A DNA stretch of 64,000 nt from a virus. The stretch's first letter is position 1. Each line of letters starts with the position of its first letter. Position numbers and translations under genes: made by a program. This document shows positions 59,896-64,000 of this stretch, piece by piece. The stretch is taken from the IMG/VR virus record IMGVR_UViG_3300043446_003702, positions 84,329 through 148,328 of that record. One strand, 5' to 3'. Below the pieces are notes generated by a model that was not told the DNA's origin, did no database searches, and was given only the letters and a program-made list of their open reading frames with translations.

Positions 59896-60666
59896 ATGTC
59901 AGAACAACAACAGCAATCACTACAAACACTCAAGCAAGACTTAATTGAATATGTCAAGCTTCAGTTAGGCGGTGATATCATTGACCTAGAACTAGATCCT
60001 TCACATTATGAAGCGGCTTACCAAAAAACCATTGGCACCTACCGTCAACGAGCCAACAATGCCTACGAGGAAAGTTACAGTTTTATGCAGTTGGTGCAAG
60101 ATGTCAACATCTATGAATTGCCTCAAGAAGTAGTTTCAGTGCGTCAAATCTTTCGTAGAACATTTGGCGATAGCTCAGGACCATTTGCGTCAAATTTTGA
60201 TCCGTTTGCACAGGCGTCAATCAATGTTTACCTCATGAACTTTAACGTGGCAGGTGGACTTGCCACCTATGATTTCTATAGCCAGTACATTGAACTGGCC
60301 GGGCGCATGTTTGGCGCTTACATGAACTACACCTGGAACCCTGTGACAAAGAAATTGCAACTGATCCGTGACCCCAAGGGTTCAGGTGAAACTGTGTTAT
60401 TATGGACCTACAATTTGAAACCTGAATTTAACTTGTTGAGTGATTACCAAATACGCCAGTGGATTCGCGACTACATGGTGGCCAACTGTAAAATGATCAT
60501 TGGTGAAGCACGTGAGAAATTTGGGCAGATTGCTGGACCACAAGGCGGTGGCACATTAAATGGCACTCAAATGAAATCTGAAGCACAGATTCAAATGGAT
60601 CTGCTGATCAATCAATTAGTAATGTATGTAGACGGTAGCCAACCTCTTACATTTGTTATTGGCTAA
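59896..60666 (+). CDS. gp13: Neck protein
   Basis: YVKLQLGGDIIDLEL...WIRDYMVANCKMIIGEAREKF..IAGPQGG.TLNG; AATAAATA at 59869-59876. Confidence 0.88.
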   Translation: MSEQQQQSLQTLKQDLIEYVKLQLGGDIIDLELDPSHYEAAYQKTIGTYRQRANNAYEESYSFMQLVQDVNIYELPQEVVSVRQIFRRTFGDSSGPFASNFDPFAQASINVYLMNFNVAGGLATYDFYSQYIELAGRMFGAYMNYTWNPVTKKLQLIRDPKGSGETVLLWTYNLKPEFNLLSDYQIRQWIRDYMVANCKMIIGEAREKFGQIAGPQGGGTLNGTQMKSEAQIQMDLLINQLVMYVDGSQPLTFVIG

Positions 60667-60706
60667 ACTGCATACACTTTTTCCTAAAATCCTGCTATAA
60701 TGTGGC

Positions 60707-61225
60707 ATGGACTTGATGATCGACATTGAAGGTTTGGCCACTGGCCCCGAAGCAACAATCTTAACCATTGCGGCTCAGGCCTTTGATCCTCTTGGTACTG
60801 GCTACTACCAACACAAATACTATGCCAGAATAGATCTTGAGAGTCAGGAGAACCGTACCATTGAGCAAGGCACCATAGAGTGGTGGGCTACCCAAGGCGC
60901 TGCCCAGGATGAAGCGTTTGCTGAAGATGGGCGCATACCGCTTGATCAGGCGCTGGATGAATTGCACAGGTTATGTTGGCGGTGCAATCGTATCTGGATG
61001 AACGGACCCACTTACGATGCCAACATTTTAGAGCATGCCTACAAGAGCTATGGCAAACCCCTGCCCTGGCAGTATTACAAGATACGTGATGCACGAACGG
61101 TATATAGTTTGTATCCAGGGTTGAGCCGGCCTGCTACCAGTCATCATGCACTGGAAGACTGTCGCAGACAGATTGACATGTTGCAAACAACCTTGCGGTA
61201 TTTAAACATCAAGGAACTGGCATGA
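60707..61225 (+). CDS. DEDDh 3'-5' exonuclease (DexA/Rv2179c-like)
   Basis: DLMIDIEGL, WMNGPTYD..IL, RDARTV and HHALEDC; extended -10 TGCTATAAT ends 5 nt upstream. Confidence 0.8.
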   Translation: MDLMIDIEGLATGPEATILTIAAQAFDPLGTGYYQHKYYARIDLESQENRTIEQGTIEWWATQGAAQDEAFAEDGRIPLDQALDELHRLCWRCNRIWMNGPTYDANILEHAYKSYGKPLPWQYYKIRDARTVYSLYPGLSRPATSHHALEDCRRQIDMLQTTLRYLNIKELA

Positions 61226-61857
61226 TCATTGGCATTTGTGGATTCATAGGTTCGGGCAAAGATACCATTGCAGATTACCTGGTAAATTTGCACCACTTTC
61301 GCAGAGAAAGTTTTGCCAACAGTCTCAAGGATGCTGTGGCACAGGTGTTTGGCTGGGACAGAACCATGCTGGAAGGACGCACAAAACAGGCCCGTGAGTG
61401 GCGCGAGCAGGTGGATCCTTGGTGGGCCAAACGGCTAGGTATATCTAACTTGACCCCACGCTATATCCTACAACAGTGGGGCACTGAAGTGTGCAGAAAA
61501 AACTTTCACAATGACATCTGGATTGCCAGCCTGGAAAACAAACTGCGCAACAGCAGCGATGATGTTGTCATAAGTGACTGTAGATTTCCCAACGAAATAC
61601 GAGCTATTAGAGCCGCAGGTGGCATGGTGGTGCGTGTGGTACGTGGACCCGAACCAGACTGGTATGATGCGGCTGTGAGTGTGAATCGTGGTCCCAACGG
61701 CAACGCCACATGGGCACTCAGCGGACGGCGACTGGAGCAATCAGGTGTGCATGCCTCAGAAACTGCATGGGTGGGCACTGCCTTTGACGTGGTGTTGGAC
61801 AACAACGGTACCTTGGATGACTTGTATCAGCAAGTCAAGCAACTGGTGGCAAGTTAG
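61222..61857 (+). CDS. gp1: Deoxynucleoside monophosphate kinase
   Basis: GFIGSGKDT, FANSLKD, PRYILQQWGTEVCR, ISDCRFPNE and HASE. Confidence 0.92.
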   Translation: MIIGICGFIGSGKDTIADYLVNLHHFRRESFANSLKDAVAQVFGWDRTMLEGRTKQAREWREQVDPWWAKRLGISNLTPRYILQQWGTEVCRKNFHNDIWIASLENKLRNSSDDVVISDCRFPNEIRAIRAAGGMVVRVVRGPEPDWYDAAVSVNRGPNGNATWALSGRRLEQSGVHASETAWVGTAFDVVLDNNGTLDDLYQQVKQLVAS

Positions 61858-62198
61858 ACATCTGGCTCTAAATCGCCCCGGCGCCAAGTAACTTCCACTC
61901 GCGCAATTTCTTCTGTACAGTTGCGACATACTGTGCGTAAATTTCTCAATGCAGTATTATTGAGATCACCATCCACATGATATACCAGTAATTGGCTGGT
62001 TAATCTTGCTTTGAATCCGCAGCGGTCGCAGGCGGATTTTTTCTTATAGCCTGCTGATTTCCAACGCGGTTCTCTGGGTTTGATACCTCGTCCTTTGCGC
62101 TGACACGTCTCGCATCGGCTGCGATAGTGCGTGATATCTTCACGGATGTAGTTTACAGCACAGGGACGTTGATTGCAGGCAGGGCACATGGGTCTCAT
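61854..62198 (-). CDS. Zn-finger/HNH-like protein
   Basis: CPAC, CETC, CDRC and HVDGDLNN..NLRTVCRNC; TAAATA 4 nt upstream. Confidence 0.7.
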   Translation of the reverse strand: MRPMCPACNQRPCAVNYIREDITHYRSRCETCQRKGRGIKPREPRWKSAGYKKKSACDRCGFKARLTSQLLVYHVDGDLNNTALRNLRTVCRNCTEEIARVEVTWRRGDLEPDV

Positions 62199-62294
62199 GG
62201 GGTATTTAGTGGCTGGACCTTTGCCAAAGGTTGGCTTAAACTGGGTTTTTTTGGATATGCCAATAAATATCTACAACTTGAAAAGGAACCAACC

Positions 62295-64000
62295 ATGGCA
62301 CTAGTATCACCAGGCGTAGAAGTACAAGTAATTGATGAAAGTCAATACATCCCTTCTGCTGTAAACACAGTACCCTATTTTTTGATTGCCACAGCACAGA
62401 ACAAGGTTGATGCTGCTGGCGTAGGCGTTGCAGCCGGCACAACTGCTGCCAACGCAAACAAAACATATCTCATTACCAGTCAGCGGGATTTGGCAGCTAC
62501 ATTTGGTGTGCCATTCTTCTACAATACCACAACTGGCACTCCCATCAATGGTTACGAACTCAACGAATATGGCTTGTTGGCAGCATATTCAGCCCTGGGT
62601 GTCACAAATCGTGCCTACATACAGCGTGTGGACATTGACCTTACAGAACTCACTGCCAGTCTAAGTCGTCCCACAGGCAATCCTAACAACGGTACATATT
62701 GGCTTGATACCAGTACCAGTCTTTGGGGAATATTTGAATGGAATCAAGACTCAGCAACATTTACTAATAAAGTGCCTTATGTGATCACTGACATGGCTGA
62801 GGTAGTTGATGCCGAAGGCGGTGATTACACTCCTATCAATACCTTAGGCAGCATTGGCGACTACGCGGTAAGTGCTGTAAGTTTAAACAATCAAAACTAC
62901 TATAAAAATTCAAACAACACCTGGGTTTTGTTGGGATCGGATCAATGGAAAACATCATGGCCTACACTGCAAGGCACCAACTCAGTGCCTGGTTCCGGAC
63001 TAACTGTTGGTTCCAACATGTACATCAATGGTACCTTGGCCACAGTCAGTGCAACCAACACTGTAGTGGGATTTGCCGCAGTAATCAATTCACTGGCCAT
63101 TCCAGGAGTGACTGCTGCCTCAGTCAGCAACAAGTTGACACTGTATGCCAACAGCGATGCTACCAATGATGGATCCACAGACAATGGGGGTGTTATCAGT
63201 ATTCAAACTGGTACCATCGGTGGCGCTGCATTGCTGACCGCATTGGGTATTGCAGCCATTGAGTACCGTGCTCCAAGTTATTTTCCAGGTTACAGTTATC
63301 AAGCACCTCGTTGGAGAACCACAGATACTGCACCTGCTCCCACAGGGTCGATTTGGCAAAATGTCAGCCCTGCCAGCACTGGTATGAGCATAAAAGTAAA
63401 AAAATACAGTGCTGCGCTGGATACCTTTGTTCCACAAAGCAGTCCTGTGTACTCATATGATGCCTCGGCCAACTACGGACTTGACCCCACCGGTGGTGGT
63501 AGAAATATACCAGTTGGCAGCACCTATGTACAGTATGATGCACAATCATACAACACAGCTCCAAACGCAAATGCTGCTTTTTTGTTGCTGGAAAGAATTG
63601 CACTAGGTGCAACAGTGGTTACTGGAGACACCACACCAGGAAGCAATGGGGATGTTTTGTTTACTCCTGGTAACCAATTCCAGGTTTATGCCACTGCTGC
63701 AGGATCACCCAGTGCCAGCACTGCCTATAATATTACATTATCTGGTTCAAGCGTTTCCTCTTTTATCGCTGATGTTAGTGCTGCCAATATACCCTATGTC
63801 AGTGCCAGTGTCAACAGTGCTGGCAACATTGTGTTTACACACAGTCAAGGCGGTGCAATTTACCTAAGTAATATAACTGGCACACCCATTACCACTGCTG
63901 GATTTACCACAGCTACACCAAAAGTTCGACAAGATCAAGTAGCAGGATTTTTGGTACTGAGCAATTGGGTTACTGCTGACTTGTTCTCATACACCGCAAG
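62295..64000 (+). CDS. gp18: Tail sheath protein, truncated at the window end; absent from the ORF track
   Basis: MALVSPGVEVQVIDESQY...LITSQRDLAATFGVP...ELNEYGLLAAYSALG; AAGGA SD and AATAAATA at 62262-62269. Confidence 0.92.
   Translation, partial: MALVSPGVEVQVIDESQYIPSAVNTVPYFLIATAQNKVDAAGVGVAAGTTAANANKTYLITSQRDLAATFGVPFFYNTTTGTPINGYELNEYGLLAAYSALGVTNRAYIQRVDIDLTELTASLSRPTGNPNNGTYWLDTSTSLWGIFEWNQDSATFTNKVPYVITDMAEVVDAEGGDYTPINTLGSIGDYAVSAVSLNNQNYYKNSNNTWVLLGSDQWKTSWPTLQGTNSVPGSGLTVGSNMYINGTLATVSATNTVVGFAAVINSLAIPGVTAASVSNKLTLYANSDATNDGSTDNGGVISIQTGTIGGAALLTALGIAAIEYRAPSYFPGYSYQAPRWRTTDTAPAPTGSIWQNVSPASTGMSIKVKKYSAALDTFVPQSSPVYSYDASANYGLDPTGGGRNIPVGSTYVQYDAQSYNTAPNANAAFLLLERIALGATVVTGDTTPGSNGDVLFTPGNQFQVYATAAGSPSASTAYNITLSGSSVSSFIADVSAANIPYVSASVNSAGNIVFTHSQGGAIYLSNITGTPITTAGFTTATPKVRQDQVAGFLVLSNWVTADLFSYTA

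Noticed and set aside
1-64000. Stop-codon reassignment
   Set aside because: Core genes are full length in the standard code, and TAA, TAG and TGA all end genes at tight junctions.

Overview
This is a 64 kb segment of a large T4-superfamily myophage, covering almost all of the virion morphogenesis region. It holds a baseplate and tail block (gp6, gp25, gp5-like, gp53, gp48-like), the late sigma factor gp55 with gp47/gp46, gp26/gp51-like chaperones, a tape-measure-like gene, the head block (gp20-gp21-gp22-gp23), several Asn/Thr/Gly-repeat fibre proteins, neck and tail-completion genes (gp13, gp14, gp15), a dNMP kinase and the start of the tail sheath gp18. Accessory enzymes sit between these genes: three radical SAM proteins, two PLP fold-I enzymes, a SAM methyltransferase, a TPR-glycosyltransferase, an SGNH protein and an ATE/Bpt-like transferase. 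The most interesting signals are: (1) a ~430-nt densely base-paired non-coding element right after a GIY-YIG nuclease gene, with a G-U-rich strand-specific helix, a pseudoknot and a terminal cluster of short-loop hairpins; (2) a possible phage-encoded virion N-glycosylation system, with a TPR-glycosyltransferase near fibres packed with N-x-S/T sequons and chlorovirus glycoprotein-like repeats; (3) a duplicated radical SAM/PLP cassette; (4) an unannotated -1 frameshift joining gp26-like and gp51-like ORFs; (5) late regulation through leaderless mRNAs and RBS-sequestering hairpins with the late promoter in the loop. All protein calls come from motif recognition and synteny; no database searches were run.
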